Positions 10,927 through 21,886 of a stretch of DNA of 32,000 bases are shown here, piece after piece. Position 1 is the first letter of the stretch, and every line of letters begins with the position of its first letter. The position numbers were made by a program, and so were the translations under genes. The stretch covers positions 203,900 to 235,899 of the forward strand of contig NZ_JBDIYD010000003.1 of the NCBI RefSeq assembly GCF_039649255.1. The letters run 5' to 3'. The DNA is from Dechloromonas sp. ZS-1. Lineage in GTDB: Bacteria > Pseudomonadota > Gammaproteobacteria > Burkholderiales > Rhodocyclaceae. Under the pieces are notes generated by a model, which was not told the origin of the DNA, did not search any database, and saw nothing but the letters and a program-made list of their open reading frames with translations.

Positions 10927-11334
10927 TTAACCGGCCATCTTCAGGCAATAACGGTAGTTCGCCTGCGCAGCCGCTCCATGTGCGGTCCGCCAGCAATCCC
11001 GCAGGTAGCCCCGAACGGAAGGGGGGATCATGACTGCTTTACCGGACAAGCGGACCAGCAGCAACTCTTCCAATACAGCCGCTGCACAACTGACCTGATT
11101 GGCCCCGACATTGGCTGCGCCGCTGCGCAGGGCGTGGACACAACGCCGCTCGGCGGCATCATCTCCCTGGGCCGCGGACCACTCCGCCTCCCAATTGGCG
11201 AAGTGCTGCAAGAAAAGACACAGCGCCTCCCACCAGAGATCTTCCCGCCCCAGCATGCGGTCAATTGCCGCAGGCACATCGAATCCTTCAAGCGAATTCG
11301 GCACCAACTCCGTTTTCTCCGTCATAATCTGCAT
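10927..11334 (-). CDS. stand-alone Hpt phosphotransfer protein
   Basis: Carries the Hpt signature VHALRSGAANVGA. Its stop is 3 nt from the kinase start. The start is ambiguous (ATG at 11334, 11325 or 11361); the ORF-track start at 11436 would run into the divergent gene. Confidence 0.65.
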   Translation of the reverse strand: MQIMTEKTELVPNSLEGFDVPAAIDRMLGREDLWWEALCLFLQHFANWEAEWSAAQGDDAAERRCVHALRSGAANVGANQVSCAAAVLEELLLVRLSGKAVMIPPSVRGYLRDCWRTAHGAAAQANYRYCLKMAG

Positions 11335-11447
11335 TCGCTTCGCATTCTGGAAGCCCCTCATCCCAAATGAGGAATTGCAAAACATTAAAAATAGTAAAAC
11401 AATCTGACTGACCCATGTTGGCGGCGACAATTCCAAATACGCACACC

Positions 11448-12155
11448 ATGAAACACACAGCCCTCATCGTTGAAGACGATCCTGCCACCCGGCACGTCCT
11501 GGCTACCACGCTGGGCACTGCGGGGATCGAGACCATTTTCGCAGAGACCGGCGCAGCCATGTGGCAACGCCTGAAAGATGAGCCGGACCTGATCGTACTC
11601 GACCTCAGCCTGCCGGATGCAGATGGGCTCGAATTATTGCGCCAATTACGCCAACAGTCGGAAATCCCCGTCCTCATTCACTCCAATCGCTCAGATGAAA
11701 TCGAGCGCATTATCGGCATTGAAATCGGGGCAGATGACTTCCTGCCAAAGCCCTGCAATCTGCGCGAATTACTGGCACGCGTTCGCGGCCTGCTGCGCCG
11801 CTGTCAGACCAAACCCACCAGCGCACGCACCGAAGGCGGAAACCGCTTGCACTTCGGCAATTGGGTCCTGAATACGGCCTCACGCGAACTCGCCACACTG
11901 GACGGCACCCCCACGGCGCTCGGCGTCTCCGCCTACGCCTTATTGACCGCCTTCCTGGAAAAGCCGTTCGAACCCCTCTCCCGCGAGCACCTCTCCCGTG
12001 TGCTGAAGCGTGAATACACGCCCTACGATCGGATCATTGATGTTCACGTCAGTCAGATCCGGCGCATCCTGGGCGCACAACCGGATGGCAGCGCCTACAT
12101 CAAGACGCTGCGCTCCCAAGGCTACGTTTTCATTGCACCGGTAGAGTGCCACTGA
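11448..12155 (+). CDS. OmpR/PhoB-family response regulator (REC + winged helix)
   Basis: Begins MKHTALIVEDDP, with LDLSLPDADG and a C-terminal winged-helix (LTAFLEKPFEPLSREHL..IRRIL..IKTLRSQGYVF). Confidence 0.9.
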   Translation: MKHTALIVEDDPATRHVLATTLGTAGIETIFAETGAAMWQRLKDEPDLIVLDLSLPDADGLELLRQLRQQSEIPVLIHSNRSDEIERIIGIEIGADDFLPKPCNLRELLARVRGLLRRCQTKPTSARTEGGNRLHFGNWVLNTASRELATLDGTPTALGVSAYALLTAFLEKPFEPLSREHLSRVLKREYTPYDRIIDVHVSQIRRILGAQPDGSAYIKTLRSQGYVFIAPVECH

Positions 12156-12487
12156 GCCGCTCGAGCACAACGGTCATTCACCTGCACCCGGCCGCGCCGG
12201 ACAAACCCCTGGCAGGCGCCCCCTGCAATGGCTGCGGGGTATGCTGCGCCCTGGAGACCTGCCCCTTGGCCCGGCTACGCTACTGGCGCAGCGGCGGCCC
12301 TTGCCCCGCACTAACCTGGTCGCCCACAACGGGACGCTATCTTTGCGGCTTGCTGGCCACACCGGAGCAACTGTTCCCCATGCTGCCGGAAAGCCTGCAT
12401 CCGATACTGCAAAAAATTGTCCGCCGCTGGATCGCAGCCGGGCACGGCTGCGACTGCAACGCTGAAGTCACGCCACCGGCAAACTGA
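12146..12487 (+). CDS. YkgJ-family cysteine-cluster protein (CxxCxxCC)
   Basis: CNGCGVCC motif plus further Cys residues. GTG start overlaps the preceding stop, so the start is uncertain. Confidence 0.55.
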   Translation: MPLSRSSTTVIHLHPAAPDKPLAGAPCNGCGVCCALETCPLARLRYWRSGGPCPALTWSPTTGRYLCGLLATPEQLFPMLPESLHPILQKIVRRWIAAGHGCDCNAEVTPPAN

Positions 12488-12830
12488 TGCGGGCGGCGGT
12501 CAACGCAATTTCAACCCGATATTCCGGTTTGGCCAGCCGCGCCTGAACACAGGCCCGCGCAGGCGCACACCCGGCCGGCACCCAGGCATCCCAAACCGCA
12601 TTCATACCGTCATAGTCCGCCATGTCTGCCAGATAAATCGTGGCCATCAGCAGATGCTGACGATCACTGCCCGCTTGTGCCAGCAAGCGATCGACACTCG
12701 CCAGCATGTTTTCGGTCTGCGCAACCACATCGGCGGCCAGATTGGAGGGCACCTCGACCAGATATACCGTCCCTGCATGCACCACGCTGTCTGAAAAGCG
12801 TTGCGTCGTCCCAAACCGTTCAATCGACAT
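12468..12830 (-). CDS. RidA/YjgF/TdcF-family reactive-intermediate deaminase
   Basis: 120 aa with the typical family layout (HAGTVYL..QTENML..AGS.. ..ATIYLADM.. ..PARACVQA). Confidence 0.85.
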   Translation of the reverse strand: MSIERFGTTQRFSDSVVHAGTVYLVEVPSNLAADVVAQTENMLASVDRLLAQAGSDRQHLLMATIYLADMADYDGMNAVWDAWVPAGCAPARACVQARLAKPEYRVEIALTAARISLPVA

Positions 12831-13160
12831 GATTTATCTATTCCACAAAAGCGCGAAGCCCATGCTGTCAGGCATGGGCTTCTTTGACACAGACCCCGGC
12901 GCATCGTGTCGGGGCAATCCGGCCGTCAGGCCGTCACGGGGTACAGCTCAATTCGTTCAAGAAATTCTTCCTGCAAAAACTGCCATGGAATCTCCTGCAG
13001 CACAGCCTGACTACCAGAACCTCACAGCGACCGGCTGCGAATCACTGTGACTTCAGCTTAGCACGGGTTTGAAAAAAATCCAGGCGAATCATCCCGGCGG
13101 GCTTGGCCCTCAGCGTGGTATCGGCGAGAATATGCCATACGCCATCCCGAGCGCGCCCCG

Positions 13161-13748
13161 ATGGACAACCTGATCAAGGACACCGCTTCCCTCGAACTCT
13201 ACTGCTGGCTTGACGCAGGCTCTGACCTGCCTGGCTGGGACATTCTCAAGGGCAGTCCGTTTGGCGCCACACTGGCCGCACCTGAAGGCGGCAGCCCGGC
13301 CCCCGGGGAACAGATGCTGTCCGTCCAAAACTATTTTGCGGAATACCATCTGGAATACTTCAGACAGCGCCGCTACAACCACTTCCCCAGCCGCCTGCAC
13401 GCGCTGCTGCTCTTTGCTACCCAGACGGATGCGATGACTTTCCGCAACAAGCACCCGGAACGGGTCTTCGGCAAACAGCTCTCCTGCGCAACCACTCAGG
13501 GTGCGTATATCTGCTCCTTCCACGATGCCAGTTGGCTGGACTACCTGCGCTTGCCGCATAGTCTCTCCCTCGCCGCGCTCGATGACGTGGCAGACCATTA
13601 CTGGTCGGGACGCACCGTCGAGGAAATCGGCCTGTCTTTCATGGACCAGCCCTGGCGCGAGCCCCCCGTCATCGAAGCCCTGTACCAAGGGACGCTCCAA
13701 GCAGCACCAGGGTCACAGCAATCGGGCTGGCTGCCGGGGTTCCGCTGA
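13161..13748 (+). CDS. hypothetical protein
   Basis: 195-aa ORF with high GC3 codon usage matching the core genome. It has a more protein-like composition than the overlapping antisense ORF 13110..13700. I recognise no family. Confidence 0.55.
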   Translation: MDNLIKDTASLELYCWLDAGSDLPGWDILKGSPFGATLAAPEGGSPAPGEQMLSVQNYFAEYHLEYFRQRRYNHFPSRLHALLLFATQTDAMTFRNKHPERVFGKQLSCATTQGAYICSFHDASWLDYLRLPHSLSLAALDDVADHYWSGRTVEEIGLSFMDQPWREPPVIEALYQGTLQAAPGSQQSGWLPGFR

Positions 13749-13813
13749 TCCCCGGCGGGCGTGGTAGAGTGCGTGTTCCCGTCATACCAATTCACAACAC
13801 GAGGAGTCCAGCA

Positions 13814-14236
13814 ATGACGTATTACATCGACCAACTGCAACCGGGCATGTCTGCCAGCACGTCCAAGACCGTCACCGAAGCCGACATCATTCTGTTTGCC
13901 GGCATTTCGACCGACGTGAACCCGGCGCACCTGGACGAGGAATACTGCAAAGGTACGATGTTCGGCACCCGCATCGCCCACGGCATGCTGTCCGCCGGCT
14001 TCATCTCCGCCACCCTGGCCAACAAACTGCCCGGCCCCGGCACCATCTACCTGTCGCAAACCCTGAAGTTCAAAGCCCCGGTCAAGCCGGGCGACACGGT
14101 TACCGCCACGGTCACCGTGCGCGAAGTCAATGCCGCCAAGAATCGCGTCATCCTTGACACCGTGTGCACCGTCGCCGGCAAAACCGTGATCGATGGCGAA
14201 TGCCTGATGATGCCGCCGGTCCGCCCGGCCGCCTGA
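13814..14236 (+). CDS. MaoC-like (R)-specific enoyl-CoA hydratase (PhaJ-like hot-dog fold)
   Basis: Internal ATG at 13814 preceded by GAGGAG. Carries the hydratase-2 motif region FAGISTDVNPAHLD. Confidence 0.85.
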   Translation: MTYYIDQLQPGMSASTSKTVTEADIILFAGISTDVNPAHLDEEYCKGTMFGTRIAHGMLSAGFISATLANKLPGPGTIYLSQTLKFKAPVKPGDTVTATVTVREVNAAKNRVILDTVCTVAGKTVIDGECLMMPPVRPAA

Positions 14237-14256
14237 TCCACGCCAGCCCCGCATGC

Positions 14257-14283
14257 AAAACGCCGGCGATGCCGGCGTTTTTA
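14257..14283. terminator. bidirectional Rho-independent terminator between convergent genes
   Basis: AAAA-CGCCGGC-GAT-GCCGGCG-TTTTT, with an A-tract on one side and a T-tract on the other. Confidence 0.6.
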
Positions 14284-14305
14284 ATTGGGGAACTCAACGC
14301 AAAAC

Positions 14306-14944
14306 TCAGGCGAGCGCCAGCAAGACCTCTTGCCGCACAGCGCGAATGATCTGGGAAACCCGTCCCGGCGTCAGGTCATAACGTGCCGCCACTTCATGCT
14401 GGGTCGAACCATACAGTTCGCACGCAATGAAGATGTTGCGATCTCTTAACGCACAGGCCTGCAGGGCATCAATTGCCTTACGCAACAGCCGGTTGGCCTC
14501 GGTTCGCTGCTCCGGGCCCGGCTGCGGATCGGCCAGCAGCGGCCCATCTTCCAGCGTGGGGTCCAGAGGCACCGCCGGCAACCAGGCCTCCGCCAGAAAA
14601 CGCTCGGCCCAGGCGCGCTCGGCCGGCGCCACCTCCACGCCGGCAGCCACGGCTTCGCGGATGCGCCGAGCCTGCGCGTAGTCGCCGCGCGATTGCTCAC
14701 CGGCGGCACGATAACCGTCGATCACCGCACCGCGGATCTTGAGGCCGGCGTAGCCCAGGAAGGCCGGATCGGTCACATTCCCTTTATGGGAGCGGATGGC
14801 CCGCAGGAGCCCGATCATGCCATCCTGATAGGCATCCGCTTCTTCCAGCACCGGCGGGCGCATGGCTTGCAGCGCACCGACGATGTGCCGGACCAGTGGC
14901 GCATAACGCGCCATCAGGCGGGCCTCGTCAGTGCCCGCCGTCAT
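14306..14944 (-). CDS. sigma-70 family RNA polymerase sigma factor (FliA/WhiG-like, no region 1)
   Basis: Region 2-like DAYQDGMIGLLRAIRSH and a region 4 HTH STQHEVAARYDLTPGRVSQIIR. No flagellar genes are nearby. Confidence 0.75.
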   Translation of the reverse strand: MTAGTDEARLMARYAPLVRHIVGALQAMRPPVLEEADAYQDGMIGLLRAIRSHKGNVTDPAFLGYAGLKIRGAVIDGYRAAGEQSRGDYAQARRIREAVAAGVEVAPAERAWAERFLAEAWLPAVPLDPTLEDGPLLADPQPGPEQRTEANRLLRKAIDALQACALRDRNIFIACELYGSTQHEVAARYDLTPGRVSQIIRAVRQEVLLALA

Positions 14945-14945
14945 G

Positions 14946-16187
14946 TCAGAACGCCTCGTCCTGGCGCAGGAAACGCCACTGTCCGAGCGGCAGATCCCCC
15001 AGGCGGATGCGTCCGATACGCACGCGCTTCAGGCCGATCACCTTGAGGCCAACGAGTTCGCACATGCGACGGATCTGGCGCTTCTTGCCTTCCTTCAGGA
15101 TGAAGTGCAGCTGATCTTCGTTCAACTGTTTCACCCAGGCCGGCTTCAGCGGCTTGCCATCGAGTTCCAGACCATGACGCAGCAGTTCAAGACCGCCCGG
15201 GATCATCTGGCCATCGACACGGACCAGATACTCCTTCTCGGCCTGACTGTCTTCGCCGATCAGCTTCTTGGCCACCCGCCCATCACTGGTCAGCACCAGC
15301 AACCCGGTCGAGTCCACATCCAGCCGACCCGCCGGCGCCAGACCACGCAGCATCCAGGGCTTGAAGGGCTGATCGCCCGACTGCGGCAACTGGTTTTCCT
15401 CGGTGATCAGGGTCACGGCCGGCACACAGCCCGGTTCGGGCTGCCCGGAGACATAACCAACCGGTTTGTGCAGCAGGATGGTAACGGCCTTGGCCTGATC
15501 GCGCTTGGCTTCCTGCGAAATGGTGATCTCGGCGGCCGGATCGATCCGCGACCCCAACTCAGCCACTTGCTCGCCATTGACGAAGACCCAGCCGCGCTCG
15601 ATCCAGAGGTCCGCTTCACGCCGGGAACACAGGCCACGCTCGGACATCACCTTGGACAAGCGAACACCGCTCGGCGTCGGGCGATCGGCGACGGTCGACG
15701 CCGCCACACCGGCCTTTTCCACCGGGGCAACAGGACGCTCAGCACGCTCGCTCTGCGGACGGGCCGGCTTCTTGAACGACGCGTCGCCGCGCCGGGCTTG
15801 TGCCCAGGGATCCACCGCATTGTCACGCGGCGCGCGCGGGGCGCCATCGCCTCGCGGCTTTCCGGACGAGGGCTTACTGCCTTCGGCGCGTGCGGGTCGT
15901 GCCGTACCGCTCGGCCGATCTTTACCTGCCGGTTTCTGCTTCTCGAAACGGGCGGCTTTTTTCTGCAGACGCTCAGCCTCGGCAGCCGCCTTGGCGGCCT
16001 TGTTCACTCCCAATGTCCGCCGCTCGGCACTGCCCGCTACTTCACCCGGCTCGCCATCGCTCGGCGCAACAGCGGCGGGTTCCAAGACGGACTCGGCCGA
16101 TTTTGCCGGTGCGGGGGTGTCGACCGTCGGGGCCGCCGGCTTGCGCCAACGGGCCCACGGGTCCTGCGAATGATCCTGATCGCTCAT
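14946..16187 (-). CDS. RsuA/RluB/RluF-family pseudouridine synthase with a long low-complexity N-terminal extension
   Basis: S4 domain ([32 protein letters not shown]), catalytic motif [16 protein letters not shown], and KKRQIRRM near the C-terminus. The first roughly 140 aa are Ala/Pro/Lys/Arg-rich. Confidence 0.85.
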   Translation of the reverse strand: MSDQDHSQDPWARWRKPAAPTVDTPAPAKSAESVLEPAAVAPSDGEPGEVAGSAERRTLGVNKAAKAAAEAERLQKKAARFEKQKPAGKDRPSGTARPARAEGSKPSSGKPRGDGAPRAPRDNAVDPWAQARRGDASFKKPARPQSERAERPVAPVEKAGVAASTVADRPTPSGVRLSKVMSERGLCSRREADLWIERGWVFVNGEQVAELGSRIDPAAEITISQEAKRDQAKAVTILLHKPVGYVSGQPEPGCVPAVTLITEENQLPQSGDQPFKPWMLRGLAPAGRLDVDSTGLLVLTSDGRVAKKLIGEDSQAEKEYLVRVDGQMIPGGLELLRHGLELDGKPLKPAWVKQLNEDQLHFILKEGKKRQIRRMCELVGLKVIGLKRVRIGRIRLGDLPLGQWRFLRQDEAF

Positions 16188-16528
16188 TGCACGTCGAGGA
16201 GTTCAACCTCGAAAATCAGCGTGGCGTTCGGCGGAATGACGCCGCCCGCGCCGTAAGCGCCATAGCCCAGATTGGACGGGATGGTCAGCTTGCGCGTGCC
16301 GCCCACTTTCATGCCTTGCACGCCTTCGTCCCAGCCCTTGATCACATGACCGCGGCCCAGCGGGAACTGGAAGGAATCATTGCGATCCTTGCTCGAATCG
16401 AACTTGCTGCCATCGGTCAGCCAGCCGGTGTAATGCACGGTCACGAACGCGCCGGCCAGGGCCTCGGCGCCGTTGCCTTCAACGGTGTCTTCGTAGATCA
16501 GGCCGGAGGCCGTGGTGATTTCAGCCAT
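16184..16528 (-). CDS. FKBP-type peptidyl-prolyl cis-trans isomerase
   Basis: 114 aa with [26 protein letters not shown] and LIFEVELL. Its stop overlaps the downstream start as ATGA. Confidence 0.9.
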   Translation of the reverse strand: MAEITTASGLIYEDTVEGNGAEALAGAFVTVHYTGWLTDGSKFDSSKDRNDSFQFPLGRGHVIKGWDEGVQGMKVGGTRKLTIPSNLGYGAYGAGGVIPPNATLIFEVELLDVQ

Positions 16529-16582
16529 GAAAAAGCTCCTTTTCGAAAGGCGCGAAGTCTATCATAAGCCATTGAAAAGCCT

Positions 16583-16610
16583 TTGACTTATCGGTTTTTT
16601 TCCGTATAAT
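16583..16610 (+). promoter_or_regulatory. sigma-70 promoter of rplU-rpmA
   Basis: TTGACT, 16 nt spacer, TATAAT, about 48 nt upstream of the rplU ATG. Confidence 0.6.
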
Positions 16611-16657
16611 GCGCGATCCTTTGCAGTACCCTTCGTTATTAATTCGGAGTCCAACTC

Positions 16658-16969
16658 ATGTATGCGGTCGTAAAAACCGGTGGTAAGCAGTATCGCGTTA
16701 CCGCTGGCCAAAAACTCAAAGTAGAACAGATACCGGCAGAAGTTGGCGCAGAAGTCACCCTCGATCAGGTCCTCATGGTAGGCGAAGGCGAGAGCGTGAA
16801 GATCGGCGCCCCCACCGTTGCTGGTGCCACCGTCAAGTGCACCGTGGTTTCCCACGGTCGTCACGACAAGGTCAAGATCTTCAAGATGCGCCGTCGTAAG
16901 CATTACCAGAAGCGTCAAGGCCATCGTCAGAACTACACCGAACTGCGCATCGACACGATCGCTGCCTAA
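16658..16969 (+). CDS. rplU: 50S ribosomal protein L21
   Basis: [14 protein letters not shown]... is the canonical L21 sequence. Confidence 0.97.
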   Translation: MYAVVKTGGKQYRVTAGQKLKVEQIPAEVGAEVTLDQVLMVGEGESVKIGAPTVAGATVKCTVVSHGRHDKVKIFKMRRRKHYQKRQGHRQNYTELRIDTIAA

Positions 16970-16991
16970 GTTCAGAGAAGGAGCTAGTTAA

Positions 16992-17255
16992 ATGGCACAC
17001 AAAAAGGCAGGCGGTAGTTCACGTAACGGCCGCGACTCACAGGCAAAACGTCTTGGCGTGAAGCGCTACGGCGGTCAATTCGTTCTCGCCGGCAACATTC
17101 TGGTTCGCCAGCGCGGCACCGAATTCCACCCGGGCGAAAACGTCGGCTGTGGCAAGGACCACACCCTGTTCGCACTGAAGGACGGCATTGTCCAGTTCTC
17201 CATCAAGGGCGAAAAGAAGCGTCGCACGGTGACCATCGTTCCGGCCGCCGAATAA
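16992..17255 (+). CDS. rpmA: 50S ribosomal protein L27
   Basis: [24 protein letters not shown]... is the canonical L27 sequence. Confidence 0.97.
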   Translation: MAHKKAGGSSRNGRDSQAKRLGVKRYGGQFVLAGNILVRQRGTEFHPGENVGCGKDHTLFALKDGIVQFSIKGEKKRRTVTIVPAAE

Positions 17256-17276
17256 TCGGCCCGGCGGAACCGAAGA

Positions 17277-17306
17277 AGCCCTATCCGCCGGATAGGGCTT
17301 TTTTTA
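17277..17306 (+). terminator. Rho-independent terminator after rpmA
   Basis: AGCCCTATCC-GCCG-GGATAGGGCT followed by TTTTTTT. Confidence 0.75.
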
Positions 17307-17379
17307 TTGCTGTGCAAATTACCCCAAAAAAGCAGGTCGACCGTCTGTGACGCGCCTGCCGTAGTTTGCAAAGCAATAA

Positions 17380-19649
<2,270 letters not shown>

Positions 19650-19671
19650 TCTAGAAAGCCACAAAAAGCAA

Positions 19672-19701
19672 AAGCCCCGTCAAAAGCGGGGCTTCTTTTT
19701 T
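19672..19701 (+). terminator. Rho-independent terminator after proB
   Basis: AAGCCCCG-TCAAAAG-CGGGGCTT followed by a T-run. Confidence 0.7.
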
Positions 19702-19748
19702 GCCTGCAATAACGGCACACCAGAAAGCAACACAAAAACAGCAGACAA

Positions 19749-19778
19749 TAAAAAACGGGTGCCGAAGCACCCGTTTTC
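19749..19778 (-). terminator. Rho-independent terminator of porin 1
   Basis: On the minus strand, ACGGGTGC-TTCG-GCACCCGT is followed by TTTTTTATT, 25 nt after the porin stop. Confidence 0.7.
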
Positions 19779-19799
19779 AGTTCTGAATCTAGCTAGGCC

Positions 19800-19832
19800 A
19801 GATTAGAAGGAGTGACGCAGGCCAACCATGTA
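19800..19832. repeat. 33-nt tract identical to 26837..26869 (stop codon and last 9 codons of both porins)
   Basis: AGATTAGAAGGAGTGACGCAGGCCAACCATGTA is present at both loci. I read and compared both copies directly. Confidence 0.9.
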
Positions 19833-20825
19833 GCCGGTGTAATCAGCGCCGTTACCGTTGGTGGTGCCGTTGTTAACCGGGTTGTTGTAGAAAGCGTAGT
19901 TCACGCCATCCTTGTTAGCCAGGTGGCTGTAACGAGCATGCACGATGGTGCGCTTGGAGAGCTCGTAGGTGTAGACAGCGGTCCACAGGGAAGCGCCGGA
20001 GTTAGCAACTTCACCAGCTTCGGTCTTGGTCTTGGCGGCCTTGGCGTATTCGAGACCAACGGTGTTCTTGCCGAAGGACTGAGCAACACCCAGGGAGAAG
20101 GCGTTACGCTTCAGGTAACCACCAGCAACATCGGTGTCAGCCTTGGTGTTGTCGTACAGAGCGGTCAGCTTGGTAGCGGTCGGCAGGGTGTAGACAGCAG
20201 CCAGACGGTAGACGCGAGCGTCAGCATTGTCGTTGCCCAGGGTACCAGCGGCGGAGGAATTCACAGCCTTGTGGTAGCCAGCACCAACGAACAGCGGGCC
20301 ATTGTCGTACTGACCAGCAACTTGGAAGGAACGGGCTTCAGCTTGGTCAGCACCGTTCTTCTGGGTTTCGCCGTTAACGTAAGCAACGGTACCAGTGAAA
20401 CCGCCAAAGGACGGGGAAACGTAAGCAACAGCGTTCTTGGCGCGGTCGTCAGCACCAGACTTAACGCCCTTGATGGCGCCGGTCAGGGAAGCGGTGGTAC
20501 CGAAGCCAGCAGCAGCCGGAGCCAGTTCAACCTTGGCACCGAAAGCGCGCAGCGGGTGGGTCAGGGTACCAGCAACAGCGGTACCGAAACCACCGGTCAG
20601 GCCCACGAAGGAGTCACGGTTGTTGTCGATAGCGCCGGTGTTGTCCGGAGCAACGGTGCTTTCGATCTGGAAGACAGCCTTCAGGCCGTTACCCAGGTCT
20701 TCCACACCCTTGAAGCCGATGTAGGAAGAGTTGCTGTCCAGGCGGCCAACGGTCGACTGGTTGTTGGACGGGGTAGCAGCGGCATTGCCAGAGGACTTAA
20801 CAAAAGCTTGGCCCAGATCGACCAC
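19803..20825 (-). CDS. Gram-negative porin, paralog 1 (reading frame continues to ATG 20909 but is broken by TAA at codon 3)
   Basis: Beta-barrel porin with C-terminal YTGYMVGLRHSF and codon usage like highly expressed genes. The tracked ORF starts at an internal GTG and lacks the signal peptide. In the same frame upstream is ATG CTT TAA ACG AAG ATT ATT GCT.. encoding ML*TKIIALALAAVAGSAAA, homologous to the signal peptide of paralog 2. Confidence 0.85.
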   Translation of the reverse strand: MVDLGQAFVKSSGNAAATPSNNQSTVGRLDSNSSYIGFKGVEDLGNGLKAVFQIESTVAPDNTGAIDNNRDSFVGLTGGFGTAVAGTLTHPLRAFGAKVELAPAAAGFGTTASLTGAIKGVKSGADDRAKNAVAYVSPSFGGFTGTVAYVNGETQKNGADQAEARSFQVAGQYDNGPLFVGAGYHKAVNSSAAGTLGNDNADARVYRLAAVYTLPTATKLTALYDNTKADTDVAGGYLKRNAFSLGVAQSFGKNTVGLEYAKAAKTKTEAGEVANSGASLWTAVYTYELSKRTIVHARYSHLANKDGVNYAFYNNPVNNGTTNGNGADYTGYMVGLRHSF

Positions 20826-21260
20826 ACCGTAAACGGTGACGTTGGTTTGAGCAGCGGCGGAACCGGCGACAGCGGCCAGGGCCAGAGCAATAATCTTCGT
20901 TTAAAGCATGCAAAAATCTGTCCTGATGGTTTCTTATAGTGCTTTATTTTCAATAACTTATAAAAAATACGCACTACAATCCTTGGAGCTGAAAACATGT
21001 CAAACACGAAGAGAATTCAACTTTTACTTTAAAAGACCTCGTTTTTTTAATTTAAAAGACCAAAGAGATCGGTTGTTTGCGCTGTTTTTAGCTTACACCG
21101 CATAATCTACGTTAGCATAATAAAAATTTTAAACTATTGTTTTAATTGAATATTTTTAACATCAACCTGAGCAAAATCCGTTACCGGCAAAACACGTCCG
21201 GATTGTCATTTAAAGGATGCACTTCAGGGTAGCAGAAGCGGTGCAGCCCTTCTCCTACCG

Positions 21261-21281
21261 AGCGTCAATTTCCTTGACGCT
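21261..21281. repeat. 21-bp palindromic site AGCGTCA-N7-TGACGCT (copy 1)
   Basis: AGCGTCAatttcctTGACGCT overlaps the first base of the small-recombinase stop codon. Second copy at 25259..25279. Confidence 0.8.
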
Positions 21282-21850
21282 CAGACCAGTTCAACTGCAT
21301 TACGCAGCACACCTGGACGCAGATCAATGTAGCGTTGCGTCGTGGCCATATTGGCATGCCCGGCCAAGGCCATCATCACCCGCACGCTGACACCCTTTTC
21401 AGCCAAGTTCGTCAAAAAGCCACGGCGACCACTATGGCTGCTGGCACCGTCTAAGCCTGCTTGCTTGTAAATGCCGTTGACCACCTGCGTCAGCGAGTTG
21501 GCGGTGAAAGCGTCGCTGCGCTGACTGGCGAAGAGGGCCTGCTTCGGGTCCGCCACTGTTACGCCCTGCAGGTAGCGGGTAAGTTCAGCTCGCATGCGCT
21601 CATTCAGCAGCACCGTGCGACCACGCTTGCCCTTGGTTTGTTCTGCAGTGAGATTGATTTCGTCACGCACGCTGCCATCACTGGACACTACATCGCAGAT
21701 ACGAACCGCAGCCACTTCACCAATCCGCATACCCGCCAAGTGCGTGAGCAACAGGATGACCCTGTTACGCTTCGCATTCTTGGTTTTCGCTACATAGTCC
21801 AGCAGGCGCTGCAGTTCGCGCTCGTTCAGTGTTCTTGCATGCTTCGTCAT
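21281..21850 (-). CDS. small tyrosine recombinase, catalytic domain only (about 189 aa, FimB/FimE-sized)
   Basis: Start at MTKHARTL (ATG 21850). Catalytic signature R (AGMRIGE), K (TKGKRGRTV), H-x-x-R (HSGRRGF), H (LAGH) and Y (TQRYI). There is no N-terminal core-binding/SAM-like domain. About half of aligned residues are identical to 30785..31357 (by-eye alignment). Confidence 0.85.
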   Translation of the reverse strand: MTKHARTLNERELQRLLDYVAKTKNAKRNRVILLLTHLAGMRIGEVAAVRICDVVSSDGSVRDEINLTAEQTKGKRGRTVLLNERMRAELTRYLQGVTVADPKQALFASQRSDAFTANSLTQVVNGIYKQAGLDGASSHSGRRGFLTNLAEKGVSVRVMMALAGHANMATTQRYIDLRPGVLRNAVELV

Positions 21851-21886
21851 TTTCGCTTCTGGCTTTGATAATGAAATCGCGCATGC

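Noticed and set aside
13110-13700. 196-aa (-) ORF overlapping the 13161..13748 (+) ORF.
   Set aside because: The plus-strand frame has high GC3 and a balanced composition, and it is co-oriented with the downstream MaoC gene. The minus-strand translation is Gly/Ala/Arg/Val-rich.
20218-20226. AGCGTCA or TGACGC half-sites inside both porin genes (about 20218 and 27249) and in the shared 33-nt 3' tract.
   Set aside because: Single 6-7-mers are expected by chance several times in 32 kb, and no inverted partner lies at 7-nt spacing.
19812-20939. 375-aa (+) ORF opposite porin 1, and 26849..28042 (+) opposite porin 2.
   Set aside because: These are mirror ORFs of the porin genes with Gly/Val/Ser-rich repetitive translations. 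The porin frame has a signal peptide and a C-terminal aromatic residue.
20681-21007. 108-aa (-) ORF running through the porin 1 leader in another frame.
   Set aside because: It is out of frame with the porin body and its sequence is Pro/Leu/Trp-rich nonsense. I considered it as evidence for a frameshift in porin 1. However, the porin-homologous signal peptide is in frame with the body, so the lesion is a nonsense codon, not a frameshift.
21111-21130. GTTAGCATAATAAAAATT upstream of porin 1 resembles GTTTAGCATAAAAATT on the opposite strand at 28101..28120 upstream of porin 2. This would suggest a segment in opposite orientations.
   Set aside because: The match is about 16 nt with indels in very AT-rich DNA, and the flanks do not align convincingly. 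It is too weak to claim an inverted homologous segment.
20910-21280. FimS-like invertible promoter between small recombinase 1 and porin 1.
   Set aside because: I scanned the spacer by eye for inverted repeats of at least 9 bp that could delimit a switch and found none. Only short palindromes (GAATTC, ACATGT, TTTAAA) and a direct repeat are present. The idea is kept only as a hypothesis tied to the 21-bp sites elsewhere.
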